From: Perna viridis
Lineage: Eukaryota
Reading direction: 5' to 3'
DNA length: 64,000 nt
Assembly: GCA_037379345.1 (NCBI GenBank)
Contig: CM074511.1
Location: 13,082,001-13,146,000 of the forward strand
The translations under genes and the position numbers were made by a program. This document shows positions 13,201 to 26,478 of the stretch, in pieces. The notes below the pieces were generated by a model. The model did no database searches, had not been told where the DNA came from, and saw nothing but the letters and a program-made list of their open reading frames with translations. Position 1 is the first letter of the stretch, and each line of letters starts with the position of its first letter.

Positions 13201-13789
13201 TTTATAATGAAAGACTGTAGAAAGTTTACCACCTTGTTAAAATTCAAGAGCCCTATCATTTTCACAAGTCTAATGCATCATTATTTCCTTTCTATAGTAT
13301 CATTGTATATCACTTCACATGTTTTTATACAAGAAAGGGGTCTCTATATTTTGCTGTTTCATGCTTAACTTCGTGGTAATTGAAAGTTTCTGAAATGCAA
13401 AACCACAAAAGCTGTCAAAATCATTTTTCTGTTCTGTCAGTCTTTGGGATATTTACATGACAAAAAAAAAAAAAAGGATAACCACAACAGCTAATTAAAA
13501 TCCAGATCTAGTGACATTAACCAAGTTTTACCATATCTCCTGCTGTTAAAACTTTTACAGTAGGAAAACTTTCCAAGTCTCTCACATCACAAAATGTGAA
13601 GCATGAAGTAATTTAGGTAACAAATAAACCAGTGACATTGATCCCCTGAAAAAAAATAGGACTACTGTTCCAAAACTTCATGCCTAGAAAGAGCACTCCA
13701 CAAAATTTTCATGGGTTATTTTCTTCTCAAAAGTAGGCACTATTTTGTAGAATACTATTCCCATGGAACTATCAATATACAATACCTAC

Positions 13790-13822
13790 CTCCATTAGTC
13801 TTTCTATCTTCTGAGCTTCACC
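13790..13822 (-). CDS. IQSEC: IQSEC/BRAG 33-nt Sec7 exon GEAQKIERLME (catalytic glutamate finger)
   Basis: Acceptor atacttacag|G and donor GAG|GTAGGT; phase 0-0. Completes the invariant Sec7 motif FRMPGEAQKIERLME. Confidence 0.94.
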
Positions 13823-14655
13823 CTGTAAGTATAAATGGTTCTTTTGGGTCCATGATGATACCAACTTAATTAAAGCCCAAGTATAAATAACACGAAAAAT
13901 AGGGTAGTTCTTACTAGTGCTACAGCTTTTTTTCTTGATGGAATAGTAAAATCACCTCAAATTTGGTACAAATATATATTATAATACATCTACATGAATC
14001 TATACAACTATGTCATTAAACGAAAGTGCAAAGCATGGATTCTGACTATCATCTTGTCTTTAATCTGTATTGAAATTTTTCTAATTAATTGTGTTACTTG
14101 TATCTGCTGTACATGAATTGCAATGCAAATAGTTTAAGTCAGATTTGATTTACAACTCATTCTAACTGTCAGTCAAAGTCTATATAAAATTTCTGAACAT
14201 TCTTGACATTGTATACATCTTATTTATGCAAGAATGCCATTATAAATAAAACAATTTTACAACCAAAGAAACACAGAGGATCGAATAAATATCTTCTCTG
14301 ATTGAATCAATGTCATTTGCATATTACTCAAATTGATAGAAATCCCCCTGATCAACTCAAGACATATATATTTGACATTAATACAATTCAGTATAAAACT
14401 CTGATGTCTGTTGCTGCTGTGATAAGAAGTGAATATAATTCAACATTTCATATTTTTATTTGTTGGATAGGAGTGGTGGTGCATTTCTTCTTCTTATATT
14501 TTTCTATAAGAACTAAATATTCCTAAAAAGAGTATAACATTTGATAAGTATGCAACTTCACCATATGCACAAACTTCTCTGTCATACAGGCATTATGTTA
14601 ATTAATGTAATGACATTTTCTTTCTATTGACCGAAAGGAAGAGTCATTTACTTAC

Positions 14656-14737
14656 AGGCATTCTGAAAAAAGACTGGAATTTCCGCAAGGCCATGTCTAC
14701 CTGTAGTCCAGCGAGATCTATTTCCTGAGCAAAGTAT
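14656..14737 (-). CDS. IQSEC: IQSEC/BRAG Sec7 exon: YFAQEIDLAGLQVDMALRKFQSFFRMP
   Basis: Acceptor ctttattttcag|A and donor CCT|GTAAGT; 82 nt, phase 2-0. Contains the Sec7 motif VDxALRKFQxxFRMP. Confidence 0.95.
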
Positions 14738-15992
14738 CTGAAAATAAAGAAGAAACATTAAGTATGAGAAAAAAACTTGTGTGTTCAGATAAATATTTCT
14801 TTTGATTCAAAGAACTATTTCCACATTAATAATGAAATGTCAGCGATGAGCATATACATATAGATTCTTCTTCAGAAAGAAGTGGAGAAGTAGTTTAATC
14901 TAAGAAAAGGCTGAAGTGGAATTGATTTCTCAAATGAAATCTGTAGAAAACTTGGAAAATGTAAATTGGCGGGAAACCTCTTTAGAAATTTAATCACCGC
15001 CAGTGGTTGAAAAGTCACCTAGCATAAAATGGGGCAAAAAAATAATATCTAGAATGTCTAGCTTATGACTAAATCTGCCATCACAAAACATCAGTCAGTG
15101 AAACAATACAAAAAGTGTTATGTAATTGATTTGAACTTCTTGTTATTTCATGCTCTTGGAGACTCTAGAGAAAGACCCGCATTCCAAAAAATATATTCAT
15201 AGTGTAAGAACATAGCCATATAAGGAAAGAATTCTTACTTAGATGACATGTATTTTTGTACTAAATACCTCATCTTAAAATATTGACTCCAACAGAGAAG
15301 TATGATGGCCACAGACCACAGACCATAAACTTCACCCATAGAGACATAGCTCTTACCAGGGCAACCACAACAATTCAACTGCTTGACTTGTAACTATGAC
15401 CTCAAATTTTTAATCACATTACTGTGGTAGATTAAAGAAGTTTTAACCTGATTCTAAACATGTACCAAAATACTATTAAGGTGTACAATTTTAATCCCCA
15501 TTCCATACATAATGTTTAAACCAACATAAATCACAGCACAGTCTGGAATACACAACTTTATCCTTTAAATGTTTTACTGACCAATACAATCTGATTAGCT
15601 TTGACAAATAGTTAAATAAGAAATTATTTGCTTCATTTCTCCAATTCAATGGATCAGAAAGCCACATATCTTCTTTTCCACATGGAAGAAAAGAGTATTT
15701 ATCTGTTCTAGACATCTTATTCAATGCCTTGCACTTGTCAAGTAAAATTAGTCTACCTCAATGACAAATGTATATATGCCAAGTTGACAATTGCATGCAT
15801 ATTAAAAAATAAAACAGATCATTTCCACCGTAGTCTAACAGAAGGTTTATAATATATTGCTGAGAGAACAAATGCACTGTTAGAAAATCTGCTTTCAATT
15901 TAGGTTCTAGATAATTTGGTTGCAGTTAATTTTCCTGCTAATTCACTAGTATACATGGATTACACCTCCTTTGATACCAATAGTCATCTTTC

Positions 15993-16140
15993 AACCCTTA
16001 TATGGAAAGTTCAGCCATTCTTCAACCCAAATATATAGAGCTAGTCATAAAAAACCTTACATGTAAAGTTCAGCCATTATTTAGAGATAATCATTTAACA
16101 ACCCTTACATGTAGAGCTCAGTGATCTGGACTCACCCTTA
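15993..16140. repeat. Degenerate tandem repeat (AACCCTTACATGTAAAGTTCAGCCATT)
   Basis: Several diverged copies of AACCCTTA(C/T)AT and two copies of AAAGTTCAGCCATT. Confidence 0.5.
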
Positions 16141-18674
16141 TAACAATGTTTTGTTTCAGAGATTAACTATCAAAGCAGCAAAAGAATCAGTAACAGACAA
16201 CAACACAAAGGTTATCAAGGAAAGAATTCAGAACTCTGATAACACAATACTTATGGTGTTTTAAATAAACATCCAGAAACAAGGAATATCTTGAAAACAA
16301 CAATAAGAACACACAAGATATATTGATAAACCAGGATACCATACAAGACAGAGGGTACAGAGCATCAAACATACAAACACCTGCCTGTACTCTAAGATTG
16401 GACAAGATATCTGGATGGAAGACTTGATGAATGCTACAGTTAGTTTGTCAGTGTTAAAAACTGACAAATATTAGGATTTGCCAAAGAGCAGGGAATTCTT
16501 AGTTATCAATGATGATTATGTAGTACTCATTGAAAAATCCAACTATCCAAATGAAAACAGAATCACCACCAATTTCTAGTCATTTCCAGAAACAGAAAGA
16601 TGCTAAAATTCTGGTTCCCTAATGATGTTTTAACTTATTGCCTCTGCTATGTAAGCTATATTTATGAAACATTCATGACAACAACCTAAAATTCTCACAT
16701 GATGAAGGTAGTGACACAAATGCTGAATTGGTTGTAGAACAACATTAGAGTACCACATGTTACCTGATCATGTGAAAAGAAAGCTAATATCACAATGGTC
16801 TAATAATTCAACGGTTGTGACAGTTTGCCCTATTAAGACAATTCTGAACAATTTACTTTTCAACTAAGGTATAGGGTAATTGTTGCTACAATTTAAGAAT
16901 GTCAGTTTCAAAGGCCCAGATCAATTCAAAGGACCACAAACTCTATGCAGATAAGATTTCTCTTTAAACTTTATATACACTATATCAGAACACCTAATCA
17001 TATATATACTAGATTTGCAACAATGTAAATTTACCATATGTGACATGCTCTACCACAGTATTAGGAACATATGTTGTTTTAATGCTATCTAGGAAAAGAT
17101 CCTTCAAAGCAAAACATGTATTTATTCACAGTAGCAGTGTTTTTATCTAAATTCACTTAAAGCTAGAAGTATCATTTCGCAAGGTCTATATTTACTGTGT
17201 TAACAGATATTGATTGACATTTTCGACTAATTCCTATCAAAGAGTAACCAAAGGAATAATAGCTCACTTGTTTAAAGTGTAAACTATCTAAAACTTTAAT
17301 CAATGCTAAATTCCACTCAAGACTATTTATATACTTTGCTGATTCAAGCAAGAATGTTGGTGAGAAAAACAACCTTAAAAGCATTCCATAATGTCTTTTT
17401 TTAAGTCAGTTCTTTAAGAAGCATAAAAAAACCAACACCCTAAGTGAATACCATTCAGACCTCTACTGTACTAGACAAGTGTGAAATTGAAGTCTTAAGG
17501 CAACCTAATGGCAAAACCTTTTAGTCACCAACTAAGATAATATGTATGATGAAACTAGAATGGACTCCATCAGGTTCTACTTAGTTGAAGAACACCAACA
17601 TCACTTGTCATAATAAAGACATAAAGCCTTCAGATCTTCTTCTCAAAACAAAGTAACTTCCCCACTGTGTAATAATAACACAAGTCTTTGACTTTGCACT
17701 CTTACTGAACCATGTAAAGATATTCTGCAAATTATTCCCTGCATAGTGGAGTGTATCTCATAACTTCTCATCATTTGATACCAATCCATTTCCCTCTCAA
17801 AGACTTCTAACAAGTCTAATAGCATTTTTAACATTGATATTTGACAAGAAAACGCTGATGAATCATGATATGAAGTAATTGTGGTTGGTCACAAAGTCAT
17901 GTCAGTATCTCTTGTTTTCAATACTCATACTTGTAGAGGAAATGAAGCAACTGATAATCTTAATAGTTTTCTCTTTAAAGAATATATAATAAATGCAAAT
18001 CAATTTTAAAAAACCTAAAAGTGATTGCTATGAAATAATACCTCATTTTCTTAAGTTTTTAGCACTGAGCTTGCATACATGTATTGATCAAAGTTGATTC
18101 CTTTTTAAAGAGTACAAACATCAAAATCGCAAATGCAAATGTACTCTTAAAGAACTTATAACTAGACGCACTAAAAACAGATCTAAAATTTCATAATGAT
18201 GGCATCTTTATGCAAATACATTTTGTATAAAGATAAGTACTACACTGTCACATTGCTACTTATGATGGTAAAAGATACTATGCTAAATAAGGAAAATCAA
18301 TGCTATATTTGGTCTGGAAATAAAATACAAAAAATTTCTGCTGCAATAAAAACTACTGATGTGGAAATAACATACATGAATTTTGGATCTCAGTTTCTAG
18401 TTACGTAATAATGCTGTCTCCAATTATAGCAAGATCGATTGGACATCTGCACTTTCAACAAATTGAGAACATTAATTAACAAAAATTGATTCTCTGCATT
18501 ATAAGTATATGAATAGAATCATTTGAAGCTTCCCACTTGCTGATTTGATGCTAAAAATTCCCTGAATTCATCTCTAAGCAGCTTTTGAAACAAATATAGA
18601 CATTTAAACTGCGTCATTGCATAAAACGATGAGGTTTTGAACCATTTTGGAACACTTGAAAGGTGTAGAATTTT

Positions 18675-18694
18675 AATAATAATAATAATAATAA
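18675..18694. repeat. (AAT)n microsatellite
   Basis: About 6 AAT units. Confidence 0.75.
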
Positions 18695-19945
18695 AAAGTT
18701 TTTTACATGACTAATATTTCTGCAAGAAGTCATTATTATAAAATGAAAAGCCCACAAGGCTCTTATTTACCACCTAAAAAAATTTATGTGCCAGATTTCG
18801 TCAATATTTGTATTCAAAGTTCCAGAAATTTCTGTGAGACAATCAATGCTAACTCACAATATTTTTGCTTTCATAATGGAAAAAACACATAATCATTTCT
18901 AAAAATTTATACAGAATGTTGATTTGATAGAAAAAACAAATAGAAATCAAGGTGCAGCTTATGAGCTTCATCAAAACACCTGAAATAAAGGGGTATGGTA
19001 AGATATATATTGGAAGTCTTCCAGCCATCAAGTCTCGATTATATTGATATTTTGTAACTTTTCCAAGATAAATGATTTCGATCATAACATTATTACCTTG
19101 ATTTTTGTATTATTTTACACATCATTATCAGAGAGCTCAAATATAATCAAGTGCTGAAAGACTGGTGCAAAGTTATACAAATATTACAACATGTATCATG
19201 CCAGACTTCCACTCTTGTACTCAGAAAGCACTTTTTATCAAATTATAGTTATTTTTCAACCAGTGTTTTGCAAAATGGGCAAAAACAAACAAAACCAGAA
19301 TGGAACAGACTAATAAGAACCTTAGACAACCATATGATATTTTCATTAAATTCCGAGACTCTTGGGTGAAAATTATGATTCAACAAAAACACAATACAAT
19401 ATTGTCAATGATTCTTTTGTCTAGACTTATTTAGCAGTACCAAATTGTCCAATCAAATCCAGGATTTGACTAAAACAAGTTAAATTTTCTCTTGATGGAG
19501 CCATAATTTCTTCAAAACTGGTCTGTGCCAACTACCAGTCATTAACATGTTTATTCACCTCAGTGCAATATATTTTTCTTCATTTCTGGCTTCACAAGAT
19601 CATCTAACAATAAAATGACATTTTTTTTCAAACCCTTGTTGAGCCTCCTTTAAATATTGACCAGCTAAGAATCAACAAATTTTATCCAAGACAAAATGGG
19701 CGCAAACTCATTAGTCAAAGTGAATGATTGGTAATTAATGGGAAATTGCAGGATATGTCCAGTCATAGAAATCTGTCCTGACAGCTTTATCAACTCAAGT
19801 GCCAATGGCTGGCACTCTACAATGTTTCAGAAGTGTCTGAATCCACTGCCTACTCTAGGGCCAACAATTTCTCTAAAGAAGATATTACAACAAAGTGGTA
19901 CCAAGCAAATTTTAAACATGTACTATTGCAACTGGTCATCCAGTT

Positions 19946-20112
19946 CATGGGTATATCCAGTCCCCTTGGAAAGGAGAGGTACATCAGAAAAAAAGGGGGT
20001 AGCTGGGACATTATTTAAAATTTTTTGTCAATTTTACACATGAAAATGACAATTTTTCCAATAAAAAGGTGGTGTGCCAACCCCCTGCACATCTTCTCTG
20101 GATTGACCAATG
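19946..20112. mobile_element. Degenerate MITE-like element
   Basis: Imperfect terminal inverted repeats CATGGGTATATCCAG / CTGGATTGACCAATG (12/15 match) with G- and C-run subterminal tracts. No TSD found. Confidence 0.4.
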
Positions 20113-23100
20113 AGCTTTCAGTCCATACCAATACCTAACTCAGTTCATTACAAGGTCATTTTATTCTGAAATCATAAGCCTTGGTTTGGCTTCTGGTTTT
20201 AATATATGGTTTTGATAGAACTAGATGTATTCTCTTCTTACTCATAATTACAAACAAATCTCTATATATTTGTCTTATTGGTGTAATTATTAGGACAGAG
20301 TTATAAATCCTGTACCATCAAGAGATTTTTTTTCTGAAATATTAAGATGACAAAGCCAGCTTAATTCTGTGATTAAGTTCCATCCAGAGTTGACAATCCA
20401 GTCATCCAGCAGGCACCAAGGATAATTTCATAAAGATTGTGAGTTCATGACCCAGCACTATGACTAAGCAATGGATCATTATCATACAATAAGAATGGAT
20501 TTCAAATTATTGTCTTCAGAAAAATCCTTACAAAATGCTCCAGGGAACTAAAAGAGGTCTTTATTCAAGAATTAAAGGTTAACAACTTACAAGGGGAAAA
20601 TAAGGATTGTTTTGTCATCTCCATCATCAGTTTCTCCTTGTACAAGTTGTTCAAATTTGTTTTGTCTTAGACACATATAAATATAATTGCATGTTGCAAT
20701 CTTATTTCATTCTAACACTGTAAACTGTAGACATTTTCTTATAAGACATATAAAAAATGTTGAAATCATCAGATTGTTTTAATTTACTCTGTCATGGATG
20801 CATAAAAATACTGTTTAACCTATGTTTTCCTAACATAATCAAATGCAATCAACTTACAGGAGAAAAGACATGGATTAAACTTCGAACATTTTCAAAGTTC
20901 TAGTCCTAATACAGTGTATAACAATTACATTCATATTGAATTTCATAAGCCAACATTGGTTACTTTGAAATTAAACACTTTTCAAACACTTGTATTGATC
21001 TTATGTAAATGCATTTTATACAAGAACAAAAAAAAACAATGAATAATATTTCTTGGGAAAATAATAACATCAAAATCAATGATCTATTTCTGAAGCCAAA
21101 TTTAAAAGTGTCAAAACTGTTCTATAAAATGCTATTAGATGGAAGATAAATTCAGATTTTTTGTCCCAAGTGAGAAATATTGAAAATAAATATGGGAGGG
21201 TGTTAGATACCACGGGATGTATTTCTATGATAAAATCAGGATGTTATAGCAGGCCAAGGAATGAGTAAATCATAGATTTTCTATAGATCCTTTGTAATGA
21301 GAACCACCTCCCACAAGTTAAGACAGAATTGTAGCAAAATGAGTTTGACATATTGTTTTCCATGGTTCTAAATATACAGCATTTATACTGGTGATATGTT
21401 TCCAGAAAGCAATAAGTGTCACAGTGATAACTTTTTATTAAAAACAAACAACAAAAAACATGATGGATTTTTTGTTGTTGCTTCCTTCCTCCTCATCATA
21501 ACAGTAGATTTATTCTTTACAGAAAATATTGTTTGACTAAAGCAGTTTCTGTTCATGAAATCTTATTAGCTTGTCTAAATGTAATCTATTGAAAAGGAAT
21601 TTCTATTCAATGGTTATCAATATGTTTTATATATTATGGATAATGATAAAATGCTCATAAAATCAGAAAAAAAAGACTCTTTCATGATTCATAAATACAA
21701 CTGTTAATAGAATTTCGATCATAAACAATTTGTTATTACAAATGCAAAGCACAGCCATGGAGAAACACTTTCCAGTAGAATCTGAGTTTTAGAGAAAGTA
21801 ATGACATAAAATCTGGGTGTAATTTGAAAGCATGTCCATAATGAGGGTTTAATGCCCTACAGTGTCAATCACTTAGGGACTTAACTGGTATTCTATAAGC
21901 TAAAAGCTAATATCATGCCATAACTTAGGTGTGTCCTTTAGCTGTATCAATTGATGACAGTGACAGTATTAATGCAATTACATAGAAACTAATATCTAAG
22001 TAAGACACGTTAAGTAGCTGTCTTTGTAAGAATCATGAAAATCTGAAAAATGTGATACGTCCTAAAAAAGGCTACATATTTTTATTTTTGTAATTAAGTT
22101 GTTTTATGGGTCTATACTATGAAATGTGTAATTATTCATTCAAATCTTCCTGCTCTTACGAGAAAATCAACATTGAAAATCCAAAAGATTCTATTGTATT
22201 TGAGCGTCATTTACAGAGTTATCTCCCTTAATTTTGAAATCTACAGTGCATTCTATACAATTTTTATCTCCTAAGAGTACGGGTTATATGAAAAACCACA
22301 TGTTAATTTCTGTTTACTATGACATTTCAAACAAAATATCAAAAATAAAAATATGTAGGCTTTTTACCCATGAATCACATTTTGCATGATCCTTAGCTGG
22401 AGTGCTACTTAATATTCTTGTAATGTGAAACATGTATTCCTGCTCCAATCATAGTGAACTGTCAACTAATATAAGCAGTATCAGTAAGGCAATAAAGGTA
22501 TTCAAGTGACTACATGTTTATTTGGCTTAAAGTTTTTAACCAAATTAATGGCCCCACCTTTACAAATCTGCACTCTTTCTTTCATATTACTTTCACTCTC
22601 TAATTACTACAGTAATACATTTACCCAGAAATACCAACCTTTAATCAATGACCATTCACTTATGTAAAGAAATAATGAACATTTAATGAAATGGTTAGAT
22701 AAAAGTGATAAAACTAAATGACTCCAGTGTAGTTATGTAATTGAGAAAGAGACATTGCATGGATCAATTATTCCAGGACATGTTCTATCAAGATGGACAT
22801 TTTCACTATCAGCCCTTTAACCTTGGGGGTATACAGTATTAACATAGTTTATATAAGATCAAACAGGATTTTGTTTATTATTTATACCTAAACATTTCTC
22901 TATAGAGGGACAAATGGTTTACATAGTTTCTCTGATGTCTAGGGCAAAGTTTACAACAGGGAAAAGGTAACAACATTTGGTTTATGATGATTACTCCCAG
23001 AGAAGATAGTCCATACTTTCAGGCAATAACATATGTATAAAATAATCAAATAACTCATTCATCAATGTTCTACAGAATACTGTGCAGATGACAGGGAGAG

Positions 23101-23627
23101 GTGGAATGGAGAAACACTGAAATATTAACTTCTGCTGAAAACTAGAAATGTACGAAATATGCTGAGTTTAATAAATTCATATGCATACACAATTTTTTCA
23201 ATTTCTTAAGGTCATAAAGGATACTTCAGAATTCACTAAGATCAGCCTTGTAATATCTTCCAATGTTTGAATATTTAAGTCCATAAAACGTGATCAAAGA
23301 AACGTGCTTAAAAAAAAATTTTGTACCTACAAACCAATAAGCCCATTAAACAGCATATGTCACTTTAAAAACAACCACAATTCATGATTATCCTTGCCAT
23401 ATTATTGGTCTAACATCTGTGATAGTGTATTTCTAAAAAAGTATTATTCTCCAACATGAAAGTAAGCATGTATCATATTCTTTCAAGGACATGGATGTAC
23501 TTTTAACTGTTTTGAAAAAATGTACTACAGTGTTTTAGAACCTTCTATATTGAAAGAATGCCATCATTGAGCACCAATTGGGTGGAAGTCCAAAAGAGGG
23601 GTGTAGACAAGACAAAACTGAACTTAC

Positions 23628-23789
23628 TCTAAGACTGCCATATTGAAATCATTCTGTAAGTTGCCAAGGTACTCTCCAATCATCTGTTTACTCAGGCCCT
23701 TCCGAGAGATAAGGAACTTGGCCACAGCATGTGGATCTTCCTCAACAAACCCACACTGACATAAAAACTGGATTCCTTTCTCAGGTTTC
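23628..23789 (-). CDS. IQSEC: IQSEC/BRAG Sec7 exon: (K)KPEKGIQFLCQCGFVEEDPHAVAKFLISRKGLSKQMIGEYLGNLQNDFNMAVL(E)
   Basis: Acceptor ttacatttcag|G and donor GA|GTAAGT; 162 nt, phase 2-2. Contains the Sec7 motif GLSKQMIGEYLG. It is in a different frame from the listed ORF 23692..23922. Confidence 0.95.
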
Positions 23790-24978
23790 CTGAAATGTAA
23801 TTATATAGTATTTTTGAGGGTGAAGTAATGGACATATGTATTATTCTGTACACTGCATCATAAAAACTCAATGCACTGATAGCGTCTACGAAAGAGCTAA
23901 ATTCAGGGTGCAAGCAGAACATTATATTACATCCTATGCCAAATTAAAAGATCCTTTTTTACAGATGAAATTAAAGCTATTAAATATTTATAATACTTAC
24001 ACACTTGGTTGAGACTAGTCTCTATTTTGCATGTTTATTTTTACAGTACCTCAGTATGTGTGTGTTCATGGTTTTGTTTCACTGTACAAGTATATATAAT
24101 AATTAAAGGACTTAAATAACTTTCATAGTTCAACTAAATGTTGACCGTTCATGGTTTTTGAATTTGTGGATTTCATTAGAGCATCACTGCTTTAGAATTT
24201 GAATCAGTATTAATTGGACCATACCTTAAATATCACCAAAATTAGTACCCACTAGAAACTGGTTTGTTCTATAGTTTATTATTTTTATATTTATCTTCCT
24301 CTTTTTTTTTCTTTTTTTTTTCTCACACTGGGTTCAAATATATAAAGTTCAATGTTTCCTTGTCAAATGACATCATGTACAAGTATGTACAGGAAAGTAA
24401 CAATTAAGATAAGAGGAAAGAATGGGTGTGAAGTTTCAAAGTGGATGTAGATTATACAAAATGTTTCTTATGACTAATTAGGAACTTCATCACAAAACAA
24501 CAGTTTAATGAAACTCATCACTACCCAAAACCATGTTAGAACACTACTACTACTTATAATTTTATCAATTATAACTTATGAATTCCCCTATCTATCAATG
24601 TCAATTATCTTCATAATTTATATGGCAATAAATTCTAGTTCTTGCATCCTTCATGTCTCTTTTGGAGACATTAATGACTTGATATGGTTTTTATTTCATT
24701 TTAACAATGGGGATTTCATGCATGTAATTTCCACTTTTCGTGATTTCTACAAATTGATACACTATTGAAAATACATTTTGTAGTCAAAACGGACAAAAAA
24801 ATGGTCCCACTCATATCTTTAACCAATAACAAGCATTTATGCTTATACCTAAGGCTAACAACAGACAATTTAAATAATCATTTCAACTAAACAAATAATG
24901 CCACTGGCATCTAAAACAACTTGAATTTCATGTTTACAAATTAAAGACCTCTTCATAGCTTTTAAATATAATACTCAC

Positions 24979-26478
24979 TTGTTGAACAAATTCATGCCAA
25001 TTCTGTAGGTACGTTTTCTGACTTTGTCAGCAGACTTTGGAACAGAATGATGGTGATCAGGTGTAACACTGAGACGTAATCGTCTTTGATAGTTCAGACT
25101 ATGTTCACTATTTATACTAGAATTTTCACCATTTACATTTTCTGAGCTTGGGGAGCTAGAACAATTACCATCATATGAATCTGCCTCACTTGTTTCTGAT
25201 ATATTGCTCATACGCTTCTGTTCAACAGTTTTTGGGGGTGCATTGCCATTTACAGCAGCACTCTTACGTTTCCACACCGGTGAAGCTTCTGGGGCCCTGA
25301 CTGGAACCTGAGGAGGCTTTTTGGAAAAACCTTCCCCCAATTGTCTACTTCTTAATTTTACTTCCTGGTTCATGTAATATTTTAAAGTTTGATCTGCCAT
25401 TTGTTTTTGTTCTGGTGTTCGTATATTTTCTAAAGAGGAGCTATCAGCTTTAATTTGTAAATCCCCTTGACTGCCACAGGATCCTGAATCAGAATAGTTT
25501 GTTCTAAAATTTTCATAGGATGCACTTTTGTTGCTCTCTAAAGTGTCTGTACTTGCATTTGAAAAAAGAGATGATGCAGATGGTTTATGAGTAAATGTGT
25601 AATTTGTAATATCATTCTGACTATCACTATTAATACTGTCACTATTAAAGCTATCTGCTAAAATTTCTGTCTCTCTACTATCCAGGAGAGTTTCAAAATT
25701 AAGACTAGGTAAATCTACAGTGTTTTCACTTGGTCCTCTTTGAGAAGATTCATTAGCACTATTTTGGTTCATTTCAGGGTATGAATTTCTGTTATTGTTT
25801 GTTTCTTCAACAGTTTTGTGAAAATTTTGATTTACAGGAATGTCTCCAAAATCTACTTCCTTGCATCGTTCTAATTTCTTCCTTTCTAGCTGAGAAAGTC
25901 TAGTCCGTAAAGAAGAATCAATTTTCATATTTTGATCTAAAGACATCTGATGTCTAATCCTAGAGTCACCAGATTGAAAGGGCTCACTATAGTGTTGCCC
26001 GTCTACGTTGTTTTGCACAAAAGGAGCACCCATTGTATGTGCATTATCTGAAATTCTATCTGTCCAAACAGTATTACTACGTCCTATTTCTGATAAACGT
26101 TTTGAAATCCTTGATCTTTCTCCCACAGAATTTCTCAATTTTTCAAAATTTTTATTCATACAATGTTGTCTAAAAGCTTGTTGAATAGTCTTGGCAGCAC
26201 GTCGAGATCGGAGTGAACCACCATATTTTCTCTCTAGCATTTCTAACTGTTTTTCACGAAGGTCATCTGAAAGTTCATAAGAAACTGAATGAGAGCGTGA
26301 TCTCTTCACATCTTCTTCATTATTCCGGAATGACCGTTGTCTTTGAGCTCTATTCCCATGTGTACTATTTTGATGTGCAAGTTTACTACTTCTTGGAGAT
26401 TCCAATGGCGACCCTCCAACCGATCTTGACCTTGACTTGTTTCTCAATAAGTCATCTCCAGTCCTAGCTCCAGAAACA
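24979..26478 (-). CDS. IQSEC: IQSEC/BRAG large exon (1500 nt): IQ motif, Ser-rich linker, start of Sec7 domain
   Basis: Acceptor ttttttcattgcag|T and donor AA|GTGAGT. Encodes [21 protein letters not shown]...[20 protein letters not shown] (IQSEC signature plus IQ motif) and [14 protein letters not shown] (Sec7 start). Confidence 0.96.

Noticed and set aside
26213-26467. Plus-strand 84-aa ORF
   Set aside because: It is an antisense shadow of the real IQSEC exon.
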